The notes beneath the pieces were generated by a model that was not told the DNA's origin, made no database searches, and saw nothing but the letters and a program-made list of their open reading frames with translations. From positions 160,001 to 224,000 of the forward strand of contig CAXXVK010000060.1 in NCBI GenBank assembly GCA_963676915.2: a DNA stretch of 64,000 nt. The letters are read 5' to 3'. Position 1 is the first letter of the stretch; each line of letters begins with the position of its first letter. This document shows positions 29,901 through 40,138 of this stretch, in pieces. The stretch comes from Myxococcota bacterium. GTDB taxonomy: Bacteria > Myxococcota_A > SURF-8 > G963663525. The position numbers and the translations under genes are program-made.

Positions 29901-30672
29901 CAATGCCGATTATTATTTCAATGCCGGTCTGGCCTACTACCAGAACGGCGAACGCGACGAAGCCCAAAAGCATTTCAACAAGGCCATCGAGCTTGCACCC
30001 AACCACAGTGGAGCGATGTTCTGGCGAGGCCGTGTCTATGCCGACCTGCTTCAATTCGACAAAGCCGTGGAAGCCTACGAGGCCGCTATTCAGCTCGACA
30101 AGGAAAACCCGAAAATTTACTACCACTTGGGAATGGTTTTCGAGCAACAGGACAAACCCGGCGACGCCATCGATCAATTCGATGCGGCATTGAAGTTGAA
30201 ACCGGACTTCCCGGATGTTTACGTGCGCCTGGGACTGGTGTACATGAGCCAGAACCGGATCATCCAAGCCATCAAGATGTTCAAAAACGCGCGTGACCTG
30301 AAAACCGGCGACATTGTGGCTACATTGGGTTTGGGGGATTGTTACGTCAGTCTCCAGCGCTACCAAAAAGCTATCAAGCTGTTCAAAGAAGCCATCGGTC
30401 GCAATCCCAATAATGCTCAGGCGCATTTCAAGCTTGGTGACGCCTACGCCCAGCAGTTGAAGTTCAAGGCGGCTCTACCCCATTTGAAGCGGGCTTTCAA
30501 CCTCGATCCTCTCGATCCACAAACCAACCGGCAGTTGGGTTTCGTGTACAAAGGACTGGATCAGAAAGCGTTGGCGATCCGTCATTTCCAGAATTATCTG
30601 GGACTGGAAGAGGAAAACAACGAGCAGGAAGATATCGAGGAAATCATTCTTCGAATGCGCAAAAACCTGTAA
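26995..30672 (+). CDS. Zinc-ribbon (MJ0042-type) / acidic repeat / GYF_2-like / TM / multi-TPR protein
   Basis: MKITCGTC...KCPKC; acidic TxFG repeats; VVGPF....L...KL...E...WTPI; TM; long TPR array. Confidence 0.88.
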   Translation: MKITCGTCSAKFKVADSKIPDKGVVIKCPKCGSPIQVEKEIPAEEAAPQDQTLDPLDLPPAPDFNSDLPPAEDVDVFGAAIQAPPEDDDDAGGVTSGTLSDTQFSFDDLGLDEDLSRSVDDDDLFDTISPDSIPTAPDISLGDTEAPASASADGVGKLGATKYELETGSQQEDTSSLTRFDPLPADTQFGEDATDFGEIDYTGSDQATQAVSDPQTQIESAEGSQTFSEMDIDLPAPPEEGGLTQFASPDQLTGFGEEDTDFGAGTDVTDFGGRGNEFTDFGDRTNFGDVEQLGDELLDHLTDFDTKKTFSVKRPSGDVVGPFTEDAILDMLARGKLSGEELVGKEDDWTPIVEVEAFSDAALQARSQLDSTEAVIPQESESLLKERERIQDEAKRRRRAGSLDVVTGAREGKRLFSGKILVALPVIAVLALAFVYFTFIEERGIIDILTGHDPLEDAYKVRLSNNSPALVSKYSEYLSLMYKDDFPSLSKAREKTLETLQAESPFWGEELFHALLHLANTEIIRRYGGGVQLQQEVQKSDEILRAAQVVKDDPEFHLAFGSWNLWKRHYDTAKKEFTEALSLFGNPNHERTLHLLAETYIFLPEKEQGYQHLNKLIESDKANARTYILYGLLYVSEKRFEEARDQFNKALEIDPENLDAQIELAATTMYLPQGESKSIKELTEIKNKNPDRLARRQLGNIHYYLSLVYKRLDQLYKQQKELLAAIEQEPDNYIYRLKLGYFHLNKHEYEKAEEQFEHCKLKAPKVAACHVGLGEVFLATNRPDQALFVMDKVVKWAANDSEVHFLLGRSYEGIFKPKLALAEFKKAMQLDGNQVRYFTHTAMMHLKDGNQVEAGNMIQQALMKDPNSSWVFNALGEMQLYQKDNATAIESFKGAIKANPKFIPALYNLANLYRDQGLYRQAIEEYDKVLALDEKSDRAHYGLATTYLAQKQLDKAVAEFERALSLNRRNADYYFNAGLAYYQNGERDEAQKHFNKAIELAPNHSGAMFWRGRVYADLLQFDKAVEAYEAAIQLDKENPKIYYHLGMVFEQQDKPGDAIDQFDAALKLKPDFPDVYVRLGLVYMSQNRIIQAIKMFKNARDLKTGDIVATLGLGDCYVSLQRYQKAIKLFKEAIGRNPNNAQAHFKLGDAYAQQLKFKAALPHLKRAFNLDPLDPQTNRQLGFVYKGLDQKALAIRHFQNYLGLEEENNEQEDIEEIILRMRKNL

Positions 30673-30697
30673 TTGTTAGATTTTTCACGCTTTTTTT

Positions 30698-30722
30698 ACC
30701 CCGCCTATACGGCGGGGTTTTT
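30698..30722 (+). terminator. Terminator between convergent genes
   Basis: ACCCCGCC-tatac-GGCGGGGT + T-run. Confidence 0.75.
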
Positions 30723-30754
30723 CGTGTCTGACGACAAAGAGGCGAAATCGCTAT

Positions 30755-32128
30755 TTACCCTCCGCAGACGTCGACCAGCGCCTTGCGGGCAGCATCGACC
30801 ATGAGGTCTATTTCCTCGATGGTCATCGTCAGCGGCGGCATGAACACCAGTACCGATCCCAGCGGACGCAGCATCACGCCGTAATCTCTGGCTTTGAGAC
30901 AGACTTTCGCCCCGATTTTCTCCTGCCAGGGATATTCCTCCAACGTAGCTTTGTCTTTCACCAGTTCGACACCGCACATCAAACCGCGTCGCCGGATCTC
31001 GCCGCAACAGTTCAATGGGGCGATCCATTCGTCCAGTCGTTGTGCGAAGTGCTTGATTTTCGGCTGGATTTCGTCCAGCACCTTCCCGGTTTCAAAAAGC
31101 TTCAAGTTGGCCAGTGCCGCCGCACAGGCCAGCGGATTTCCGGTGAAAGTATGGCCGTGGAAGAAGGTCCGAGCCTCTTCGTGGGTTCCTAAAAACCCTT
31201 CGAAAACCTGTGTGCTCGTCATCGTTGCAGCCAACGGCAGATACCCGCCGCTGAGTCCTTTGGCCAGCGCCATCAGGTCGGGACGTACGCCTTCCTGCTC
31301 GCAGGCGAACATCGTGCCGGTACGACCGAATCCGGTGGCTACTTCGTCGCAGATCAGCAAAACATCGTAGGCGTCGCATAGCTCTCGTACACGCTTGAGG
31401 TAACCCTCGGGTTGGGCCAACATCCCTGCCGCACCCTGCATCAACGGTTCGATGGTAAACGCCGCCGTTTCCTTGCCGTGTTTTTCGAAAGCCTGTTCCA
31501 AAGCGTCCCAGAAACGTTGCAACCCCTTGGGATCGTTCTCGGTTTTCGGCTCTCTCAGGTTGTACGGCGTCGGAACCCGGACCATTTCGAACAGCAACGG
31601 ATGATAAATACTATGGAATAGCTCGATACCGCCCAGCGATACCGAACCGATGGTATCGCCGTGGTACGCTTCACTCAATCCGATGAATTTTCGCCGATGC
31701 GATTGTCCGTTTTGCCTGTGGTATTGAAACGCCATTTTAAGGGCGATTTCCATCGCCGTGGAGCCGCTATCCGAATAAAAAACGTGATTCAGTCCTTCCG
31801 GGGTGATGTCCACGAGTTTTTCGGCCAGTCGGATCGATGGAACGTTGGCAAGACCCAACAACGTGGAATGCGCCACCTGGTCGAGCTGCTCCCGAATGGC
31901 ATTATCGATTTCCGGCACTTGATGCCCGTGTACGTTGGTCCACAGGCTGGCGATGGCGTCGAGGTAGCGCCGACCGTGGATGTCCTCCAGCCAGCAGCCC
32001 TCGGCTCGGGTGACGATCAACGGCTCGGACTCGGCGTATTCGGCCATCTGGGTGAACGGATGCCAGAGGGTGCGTCGGTCGATGTCCATTAACTCATTGA
32101 TTTCCTTAGAAGTATAGCCGTTTTCCAT
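30755..32128 (-). CDS. bioA: Adenosylmethionine-8-amino-7-oxononanoate transaminase
   Basis: LWHPFTQM, YSDSGS, YHGDT, DEVATGFGRTG, AKGLSGGYLP, FFHGHTFTGNPLAC. Confidence 0.95.
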   Translation of the reverse strand: MENGYTSKEINELMDIDRRTLWHPFTQMAEYAESEPLIVTRAEGCWLEDIHGRRYLDAIASLWTNVHGHQVPEIDNAIREQLDQVAHSTLLGLANVPSIRLAEKLVDITPEGLNHVFYSDSGSTAMEIALKMAFQYHRQNGQSHRRKFIGLSEAYHGDTIGSVSLGGIELFHSIYHPLLFEMVRVPTPYNLREPKTENDPKGLQRFWDALEQAFEKHGKETAAFTIEPLMQGAAGMLAQPEGYLKRVRELCDAYDVLLICDEVATGFGRTGTMFACEQEGVRPDLMALAKGLSGGYLPLAATMTSTQVFEGFLGTHEEARTFFHGHTFTGNPLACAAALANLKLFETGKVLDEIQPKIKHFAQRLDEWIAPLNCCGEIRRRGLMCGVELVKDKATLEEYPWQEKIGAKVCLKARDYGVMLRPLGSVLVFMPPLTMTIEEIDLMVDAARKALVDVCGG

Positions 32129-32405
32129 CGAATCCTCGTTTTTGTATCGGGAAATAAAACGCCCCGACTCTAACGAAGATGCCGTAGCGGGTCAAGCCGG
32201 ATGCCAGGGAAGAACGTGAAGTTTTTCCAAGACAGCCCGTTTCGGCAAGAAGATCATTTCCTTCTCGAAAGGGAATTTCGATTTTTTCGGTTGCACCGGG
32301 CTGGGGCGTTCTTACTTTATAGGCGTTCGGAATTTCAACGATTCGTGTCAACAAAGGAAACCGCCGGTTCGGTCGTGGTGAACGGTGAGCAAGGAGAAGA
32401 GGAAC

Positions 32406-32861
32406 ATGCAAGAATTCAAAACGGTAGACGACATTCTCGATTTCGCCATTTCGGAAGAAGAAGCCGCCAGCGATTTTTACACCCGGCTGGCCTCCAGTGT
32501 GAAAAAAGACTGGATGAAAAACGTGTTTTTGGGATTCGCCAAAGAGGAACAGGGACACAAGGCCAAGCTTCTCAAAATCAAGGAAGGCAAGCTGATTCCC
32601 GCCACCGGTCAGAAAGTTCTGGACCTGAAAATCGCCGACTACCTCGTGGACGTCACGCCTTCAGACGACATGGACTACCAGGAAGCATTGATCGTCGCTA
32701 TGAAAAAGGAAAAAGCGGCGTTCAAACTGTACAACGATCTTGCGGAAAAAGTGGATGATCCGCAACTCAAAGACAGCTTGCTGGCTCTGGCTCAGGAAGA
32801 AGCGAAACACAAGGTTCGTTTCGAGTTGGAGTACGACGAAACCGTCTACTCCGAAAACTGA
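32406..32861 (+). CDS. Rubrerythrin/ferritin-like protein
   Basis: FAISEEEAA.FY, EEQGH, KEKAAF.LY, EEAKH; purine-rich RBS before ATG 32406. Confidence 0.88.
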   Translation: MQEFKTVDDILDFAISEEEAASDFYTRLASSVKKDWMKNVFLGFAKEEQGHKAKLLKIKEGKLIPATGQKVLDLKIADYLVDVTPSDDMDYQEALIVAMKKEKAAFKLYNDLAEKVDDPQLKDSLLALAQEEAKHKVRFELEYDETVYSEN

Positions 32862-32909
32862 AAACCCTAAGGGAGGTTTTTTCCTCCTTGGATACGAAAG
32901 GATAACGAC

Positions 32910-33413
32910 ATGTTGAGTGAAAAAATGCTTAAAGCTCTCAACGAGCAGATTCGTGAAGAAACGTTTTCCGCCTACCTCTACTTTTCGATGGAGGCGTATT
33001 TCAAATCGTTGAATCTCAACGGCTTTGCCAACTGGATGCGCGTTCAGGCCATGGAAGAACTAAGCCACGTGACCCGCTTTTTCGATTTCATCAACGATCG
33101 CGGCGGCAAGGTGACGCTGCTAGCCATCGACGCACCGGAGCATCATTGGGAAAGCCCCGTCGCGGCTTTTGAAGCGACCTTGAAACACGAAAAGCACATT
33201 TCTTCCAAAATCAACGACCTTGTGGACATCGCCATCGACGAGCGCGACCATGCCGCCAACGCCTTTTTGCAGTGGTTCGTCAACGAACAGGTCGAAGAAG
33301 AAGCAAGTGCCGACGACATTCTGCAAAAGACCAAGATGGTCAGCGACGGTCCCGGCCTGTATCATCTCGATATGGAGATGGGCAACCGGGTGTTCACGCC
33401 TCCGGCTGCTTAG
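32910..33413 (+). CDS. ftnA: Non-heme ferritin
   Basis: LNEQI.EE..S.Y.Y, QAMEELSH, HEKHI, FLQWFVNEQVEEE. Confidence 0.93.
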   Translation: MLSEKMLKALNEQIREETFSAYLYFSMEAYFKSLNLNGFANWMRVQAMEELSHVTRFFDFINDRGGKVTLLAIDAPEHHWESPVAAFEATLKHEKHISSKINDLVDIAIDERDHAANAFLQWFVNEQVEEEASADDILQKTKMVSDGPGLYHLDMEMGNRVFTPPAA

Positions 33414-33503
33414 GCAATGTCGCCACATGCTATAGAGCTGATTGGTAAGCCTTAGTTTTTATTGCTATTTTTGGCTATTGGTTCCAACGAACCGGATAAC
33501 GAA

Positions 33504-33593
33504 GGGTGGCACGGGACAAGCGACGTGAAACGTCTGCTTGCCCGTGTACAAACAATGTTCATGGGCAACCTGCGGTTGGCCCATGGCACACCC
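33504..33593. repeat. REP doublet (family B, REPIN-like) copy 1
   Basis: GGGTGG-CACGGGACAAGC..GCTTGCCCGTG hairpin facing CATGGGCAACC-tgc-GGTTGGCCCATG-GCACACCC; second copy at 42695. Confidence 0.72.
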
Positions 33594-33700
33594 TTTGAAC
33601 ACCAAAACCAAATAATAACTGCTATAAGACAAACGTGAGGAGCAGGACGAGAGCCATGCTCCTGCAAAAAGTGTAACCCCTCGAAAATTCACTGCAATTT

Positions 33701-33740
33701 AAAACGCGCCGGGTGGATCAATCCTCCGGCGCGTTTTTTT
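33701..33740. terminator. Terminator overlapping the stop of the FadL-like gene
   Basis: AAAACGCGCCGG...CCGGCGCGTTTT stem flanked by A/T runs. Confidence 0.7.
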
Positions 33741-35083
33741 CGTCCTGTTGTGGTTTGAAGCCACGGAAGAATTCGCCCATCGTGGGATATTCTTCTCGGT
33801 CCTGCTCTTCCTTTTTCATGGCTTTGCGCGTGGCGCTCTCGGTGTCGTCGTTGTAGCGGATGCTTCCGGCGTACAGCAATCCAAGGTACCATTCTTTCAC
33901 ACCCAACCTGCGTTCCTGCACCACTTCGTGTCCGCCACCCATGGCCGCATTCAACCCCAGCATCGAGGTCGTAAAGGCGTTTTCCCAGCCGAACGCCGCC
34001 GTAATTCCGTAAAAATCGATTGCGGTAGGCATCCCTTCGCGGCTACGCGAGGGTTTGGGGGCCGAACTGAAATCGGTATACATCCCGGCACGCAGAAAAT
34101 ACCAGCGTCGAAAACGTTGCTCGAATCCCAGGTTGACGTTGCCGATGGCATCGAGCTTCACCGGTCCGTCCGCCAACTCCCGGTTGGTCTGGTCGTGAAT
34201 GGTCACGTCCGCAACGAAGGTCGTATTCAAAAACGGCTGAAACGCGACGCCCGCCCGAAAGGAAAACGGCATTTCGATGGATTCCGAAATCGTCCGGTTG
34301 GAAATGTAGATCGGCTCGTCTTGAGGATCGTTGGTGGTGTGGATCGACCGAAATCTTGTTTTCGACCGGGCCGGGAAGGCCGAACGAATCCTCAGTCCGG
34401 CCTGTATCATCGGATGAGGACGTATCCAGACACCCAGAATCGGCGTAAAACCGATGAAGGCACGCTCGGCCACGTTGACGGTATGATCGAAACGTCCGTT
34501 GAGTTCCGTCAGCTCCGAGCGATTTTCGTACTCGGTCCGATAGTAGGCATAGAGTGTCGCGCCAACGGCGAACGCCGGATGCAGCCGGTAGGCCACCGAC
34601 GGTCCGGCGAACATTTCCTGACTTTTGTTGGAAATGTCGATGTAGAGATAAGGTTGTTCCTTCTCGGTCACGAATTGCGCCGACTGCTCGTTGCTTTCCG
34701 GGACCGCGACGGTAAACGCCGCCGTCCAGTCCCCGAAGCGCATCAGGGTTCCCGTGGTCGCACCGATGACGTTGAACGCGCTCTGGGTCAGGTCTTTGCC
34801 GTCCCGATAGTTTTCCACGGTCCGATAGCGTAACTGGTAGATCGACAGGCTCAATGATAGCGAATCGTAACGGGCATTGGCCATTCCGGCGGGATTGTAG
34901 TACGCACCGGAAGGATCGTCCGAAATGGCAGTGAAAGCTCCACCCATCCCGGCGGCGCGTTCGCCGATCAGGCTATCACTATAATGATAGGGGTCTGCGA
35001 AAGCCGCCTGCAATCCGAGGAATAAACCACAGACAGCCAGCACTAGCCCGATGCAACGACGAGTGACCCGGCCCCTTCGCGGC

Positions 35084-35091
<8 letters not shown>
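33718..35091 (-). CDS. OmpP1/FadL-family outer-membrane transporter
   Basis: Signal peptide ending AAFA, GERAAGMGGAFTAISDDPSGAYYNPAG plug motif, beta-strands; start overlaps the upstream stop. Confidence 0.82.
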
Positions 35092-36469
<1,378 letters not shown>

Positions 36470-36563
36470 ACAGTCCTCAACCTAGAATCCAAAAAAAAAC
36501 ATTTGTCATGTTCGATTGCTCTCTTAGGAAAGCAAGAAAACGCGAAAGATGCAAGGAGTTTTC

Positions 36564-36617
36564 GCGAAAAAATTTCGCTCTCTTGACGTTTATTTTTCGC
36601 AAAGCGAAATATTTTCC
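36564..36617. promoter_or_regulatory. Candidate enhancer (UAS) boxes
   Basis: Palindrome GCGAAA-aaa-TTTCGC (36564-36578) and related GCGAAA-tat-TTTCC (36604-36617), 40 bp apart, upstream of a sigma54 promoter. Confidence 0.5.
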
Positions 36618-36744
36618 TTCTTTAGGGTTTATTTGTATCTAACAGTTATTTAACATTTGGTTTTAGAATCAAAAAAACTGTTTAATTACATATTGTTACG
36701 CTATTTATATTTGTTATTTTTTACTGTCCTTTGTGTATATCAGA

Positions 36745-36761
36745 TTGGTATTTTTTTTGCA
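36745..36761 (+). promoter_or_regulatory. Sigma54 (-24/-12) promoter
   Basis: TTGGTATTTTTTTTGCA: GG-N10-GC spacing, close to consensus YTGGCACG-N4-TTGCW. Confidence 0.7.
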
Positions 36762-36771
36762 CATCTTAAGT

Positions 36772-36902
36772 GCTGTTGAATCCCTCAAAAATCTCCCCGG
36801 ATTTTTGAGTCTTTGAGATCGGAGTGTGCCCCTACTTCGGTCTGGTTCGGAAAACTCCGAACACCCCCTGTGGCGAGAGTTCCCCCCTCTCGCCATTTTT
36901 TT
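36772..36902 (+). ncRNA. Candidate small RNA with four hairpins and C-rich loops
   Basis: Stems 36784-36809, 36816-36843 (2 G.U on + strand), 36845-36862, 36871-36895 + T7 terminator; no ATG-initiated ORF; starts at the expected +1 of the sigma54 promoter. Confidence 0.7.
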
Positions 36903-37223
36903 GATCTTTTCATTCGAGAGACGACTCTAATTCGTTAGAGAATCGCGTTCTTTTTGGTTACAATTATATCCTCATGGGGTTATGTTCTCGTGTCAATGCA
37001 AGTCATTCATTTATTTTTATCGGAATATTTTTTTGGAAAATAAATGGATTCCAAAGAAATTTTCTTTATAATGTATCCAGGTAGGTAAGATTGTTTCATG
37101 ATTCGTTGTATATGGAACATGAACTCCCAATGAAAACCGTTGTTTCACAAACACTTAGCCTCCAGCATTCGCTGAATGCCACAAGAAAACGATAGAGACG
37201 GACTGATTATTTCTGGAGTAACG

Positions 37224-38423
37224 ATGCAGCACACCCCCGTTGAAATCGACGCTTTTCCCGAAGCATGGCGTTCCTTGGCCGACGCCAACGCATCTCCTCT
37301 GATTTTCACCGACGAAAAAGGTCATCTGCTTTACGGGAATCCCTCGTGGCAGGCGTGGAGCCATGACCTTCGAACCACTTTGCTTGATGTTTCTGCAAAA
37401 CTTCTCCAGCATGAGTTTTCTCAAACCCGTTCCATTTTGGAAAACCTGACGATTCCGAATCTCGGTGCTATCGCCTGTACCTGCGAATGGCTTGAAGATC
37501 GAGGCAAACGTTTCGGGATGCTGCGTTTCGAGCCGGAGAACCAACCGGTCCTCGAACCCGGAAAAGTAGCCATCGACCGGGAAATGGCCGCCCGCTGGGC
37601 GTTGTTGTCCGCTCGCATGAACAGCGTGGCCGATGTGGCCGCCGGGTTGGCGCACGAAATCAACAACCCTCTGGGCGGTCTGTTGCAAACGGTACAGCTT
37701 TTATCGCGTAACCTGACCATCGATCACGAACGCACCCACGCCCAACTGGAAAAAATCGGATTTGCCGAGGACGAAATCACCAAGTTGGCAAAATACATCG
37801 AAGAACGCCAACTGCTTTATTTTCTTCAGATTATCGGCGAAAGCGGTGAGCGTGCCCGAGCGATGGTATCGTACATGGTCGAATTTTCCCGCCAGCGCCC
37901 GGCCGAGCATCACGAGGTAGATCTCGTCACGTTGGTAAAGCGCTGCATCGAGCTGGCCAAACTCGATACGGACATGCGTAAAATCTACCAATTCGCCCGG
38001 CTTCCCCTCGATATGACGGCCGATCCTACCTACATCGGTGGCGTTTGCATCGAACAACAAGCGAAATATGTATTCTTGCGCTCACTCAAGCGACACGCTG
38101 CCGGACTGCATGCCGCCACGCAGGAAAAGGATGCGTTTTTTCCCGAGTTGCGTCTCGATTTGAGCTATCGTGACGACCGGGCGGTGATCGTTTTCAGCGA
38201 CAACGGCCTGCCGCCCACACCCGAAGACATCCGCCTCGTCGAAGACGGTTCTCTGGATGCCGTATGGAGCACCGACGAGTCACGGTTCGATCTCGCCGTC
38301 AGTTCGTTTTTATGGCAATCCTTCAATCATGGTGGCTATACGTTGTCCGAAAACGAGCGAGGCGGCTGCACCACCGAACTGACCCTTCCGCGAAAAAACG
38401 GTCAATCGGCACATGTGGGGTAA
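37224..38423 (+). CDS. Histidine kinase-like protein with intact H-box and degenerate ATP-binding domain
   Basis: AAGLAHEINNPLGG; N-box reads YVFLRSLKRH; FSDNG retained; G2 replaced by SRFDLAVS; GGAG RBS before ATG 37224. Confidence 0.8.
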   Translation: MQHTPVEIDAFPEAWRSLADANASPLIFTDEKGHLLYGNPSWQAWSHDLRTTLLDVSAKLLQHEFSQTRSILENLTIPNLGAIACTCEWLEDRGKRFGMLRFEPENQPVLEPGKVAIDREMAARWALLSARMNSVADVAAGLAHEINNPLGGLLQTVQLLSRNLTIDHERTHAQLEKIGFAEDEITKLAKYIEERQLLYFLQIIGESGERARAMVSYMVEFSRQRPAEHHEVDLVTLVKRCIELAKLDTDMRKIYQFARLPLDMTADPTYIGGVCIEQQAKYVFLRSLKRHAAGLHAATQEKDAFFPELRLDLSYRDDRAVIVFSDNGLPPTPEDIRLVEDGSLDAVWSTDESRFDLAVSSFLWQSFNHGGYTLSENERGGCTTELTLPRKNGQSAHVG

Positions 38424-38516
38424 GAACAGACGTTTCAACGGATATTCACGTCTTCTCGTCGAGCAGGTATTTTCTCTTCAATCGTTTTTCGGTGATTATT
38501 TGAATGAAAAGTCACA

Positions 38517-38546
38517 GTAGGTCGGGCAAATTTCTTGCCCGACATT
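38517..38546 (+). repeat. REP family A copy
   Basis: GTAGGTCGGGCAAATTTCTTGCCCGACATT, identical to 23242-23271. Confidence 0.8.
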
Positions 38547-38561
38547 CCCAAAACAACGGGT

Positions 38562-38743
38562 TAACCCGCATTATTCATGAGGATCGTTGCGAGACGCCGA
38601 AAACCGAAGAACTTTCATGAAGTTGGAGTGATTTTTTAACGGAAGCATACTTGACAGGTTGTTGAGTATAAAAATTTCGGGAAACGAGTGAAAGATCAAG
38701 AGTTTTCAAGTCGTAGTAGATTTTTCATGAATTATGCGGGTTA
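38562..38743. mobile_element. MITE copy 2
   Basis: TA-ACCCGCATTATTCATGA ... TCATGAATTATGCGGGT-TA; near-identical interior to copy 1. Confidence 0.85.
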
Positions 38744-38765
38744 AGAATGAACCCGACTTTCGGTT

Positions 38766-40064
38766 TTATTCGTTTGTATCGCACCGAAACGGTTTGAGTT
38801 CCCCAACCCCGCGACGTTCGACGTACTCCCGCCAGACCCCGGGGCATTCTTTGGCCAGACGACAGGAAGCGCAAGGAGATTCGGGGTGAACCTTCCGACC
38901 CGCTTTTTGCGTCCAGCCTTCGCGCCATCCTGACTCTCCGGTTGAACTCAACAGCATTTTCCGTGTTCTTCCACGGACTTCCTCACCCCGCGCCACGCAC
39001 AACGGAACATCCAGCAGCGACACCAGCGGGCTTTCCTCACGTGGGGTGAGCAGGCGTGAAACCACCGCTTCAACGGCTGTCAGTGACGGCATCACCTCGT
39101 CGAAATGCTCCAACGCCCATCCACCCGGTTCGGGAAAGGAAAATGTGGCCGAAGACACCTCGGACCGGGTGAGATAGTCCAAGATTTCCGGCAGAAACTC
39201 CTGATTCTGCTTGGTAATCACCGTACTGGAAAACAGCGCCCGTTCGCCGAACCATTGTTCCCGCCGCGAACCCGTAGCCTCGACGACGTTGGCCAACGCA
39301 CGGGCTTTGATCTCGAAGGCGTTCGAGCGGGTGGTCAAAGCCTGTTCGATCTCCGGCTGATGCCCCAGAATCGATAACGTTACCTGATGCAGCCCCGCCG
39401 CGAAAATATTGCGACAGAAATCGGGTTTGGCGAACCCGTATCCATTGGAAATCATTCGGATCGAGCGATACCCCAGGCGTTTCGCCTCGGCCACCAGATC
39501 GAGGATATCCGGCCTCAAGGTGGGTTCCATAGCGGTAAACTCGACGCCCCGTGCCCCCCGTTCCCGTCGCTGGCGTAGCAAGACAAGCAAATCCTCGGTC
39601 GAGGTGTCGGGAATTCCCGCCGGGCGATTGATGCAGAAACGACAGCGGTTCTGGCAATGGGGCGAGGCTTCGATATCGAACGAAAGGGCGTTCTCGTCGT
39701 CGAAGATGTCGTACTTTCGACGAAGGTTGTCCCAAAAAGGAGGTTTTGGGCCGGAATCGCTGTTGCGCCGAACCAGTTCCACCATCAGCCGGGCGAAACG
39801 AGCAACGGACTCGGGTAGCGGTTCTTCGGCATCCAGCACGGCGAAATCGAACCAGCGGCTTCTCTCGAACGCCGGACGACCCTCCTTGTGGGGAAGAAGA
39901 CCCAGCTTCAAGGCGGTAGAATCACGGTAGGCGAACACCGCACGAATCGTTTTTCCCGGAACGATGTCCACCAGCTTCCAGCCGTCTCGAAACCCTTGAC
40001 CTGGGCGAAGCGGACGAAAAAGTTCCAGTAGGTTTTGAGGGATAACGGGGGCGTTCGAGGACAC
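38766..40064 (-). CDS. Radical SAM protein with N-terminal accessory domain and C-terminal Cys cluster
   Basis: CQNRCRFC (CxxxCxxC), FTAMEPTL, ISNG, VPLC, CASC...CPG. Confidence 0.88.
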   Translation of the reverse strand: MSSNAPVIPQNLLELFRPLRPGQGFRDGWKLVDIVPGKTIRAVFAYRDSTALKLGLLPHKEGRPAFERSRWFDFAVLDAEEPLPESVARFARLMVELVRRNSDSGPKPPFWDNLRRKYDIFDDENALSFDIEASPHCQNRCRFCINRPAGIPDTSTEDLLVLLRQRRERGARGVEFTAMEPTLRPDILDLVAEAKRLGYRSIRMISNGYGFAKPDFCRNIFAAGLHQVTLSILGHQPEIEQALTTRSNAFEIKARALANVVEATGSRREQWFGERALFSSTVITKQNQEFLPEILDYLTRSEVSSATFSFPEPGGWALEHFDEVMPSLTAVEAVVSRLLTPREESPLVSLLDVPLCVARGEEVRGRTRKMLLSSTGESGWREGWTQKAGRKVHPESPCASCRLAKECPGVWREYVERRGVGELKPFRCDTNE

Positions 40065-40138
40065 GATAAGCCCCTTTTCACGTTAGACAATACGTTGTAA
40101 AAGCATGTTCGAAACTCGGAACTTGCCAAAAAGACACG

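Noticed and set aside
30755-32128. bioA without other biotin genes
   Set aside because: Dispersed bio genes are common; nothing unusual in the protein
36772-36902. Reading the hairpin cassette on the minus strand as a CsrB/Rsm-type GGA-loop RNA
   Set aside because: G.U pairs, U-tail and sigma54 promoter all point to the + strand, and the loops are G-runs rather than ANGGA
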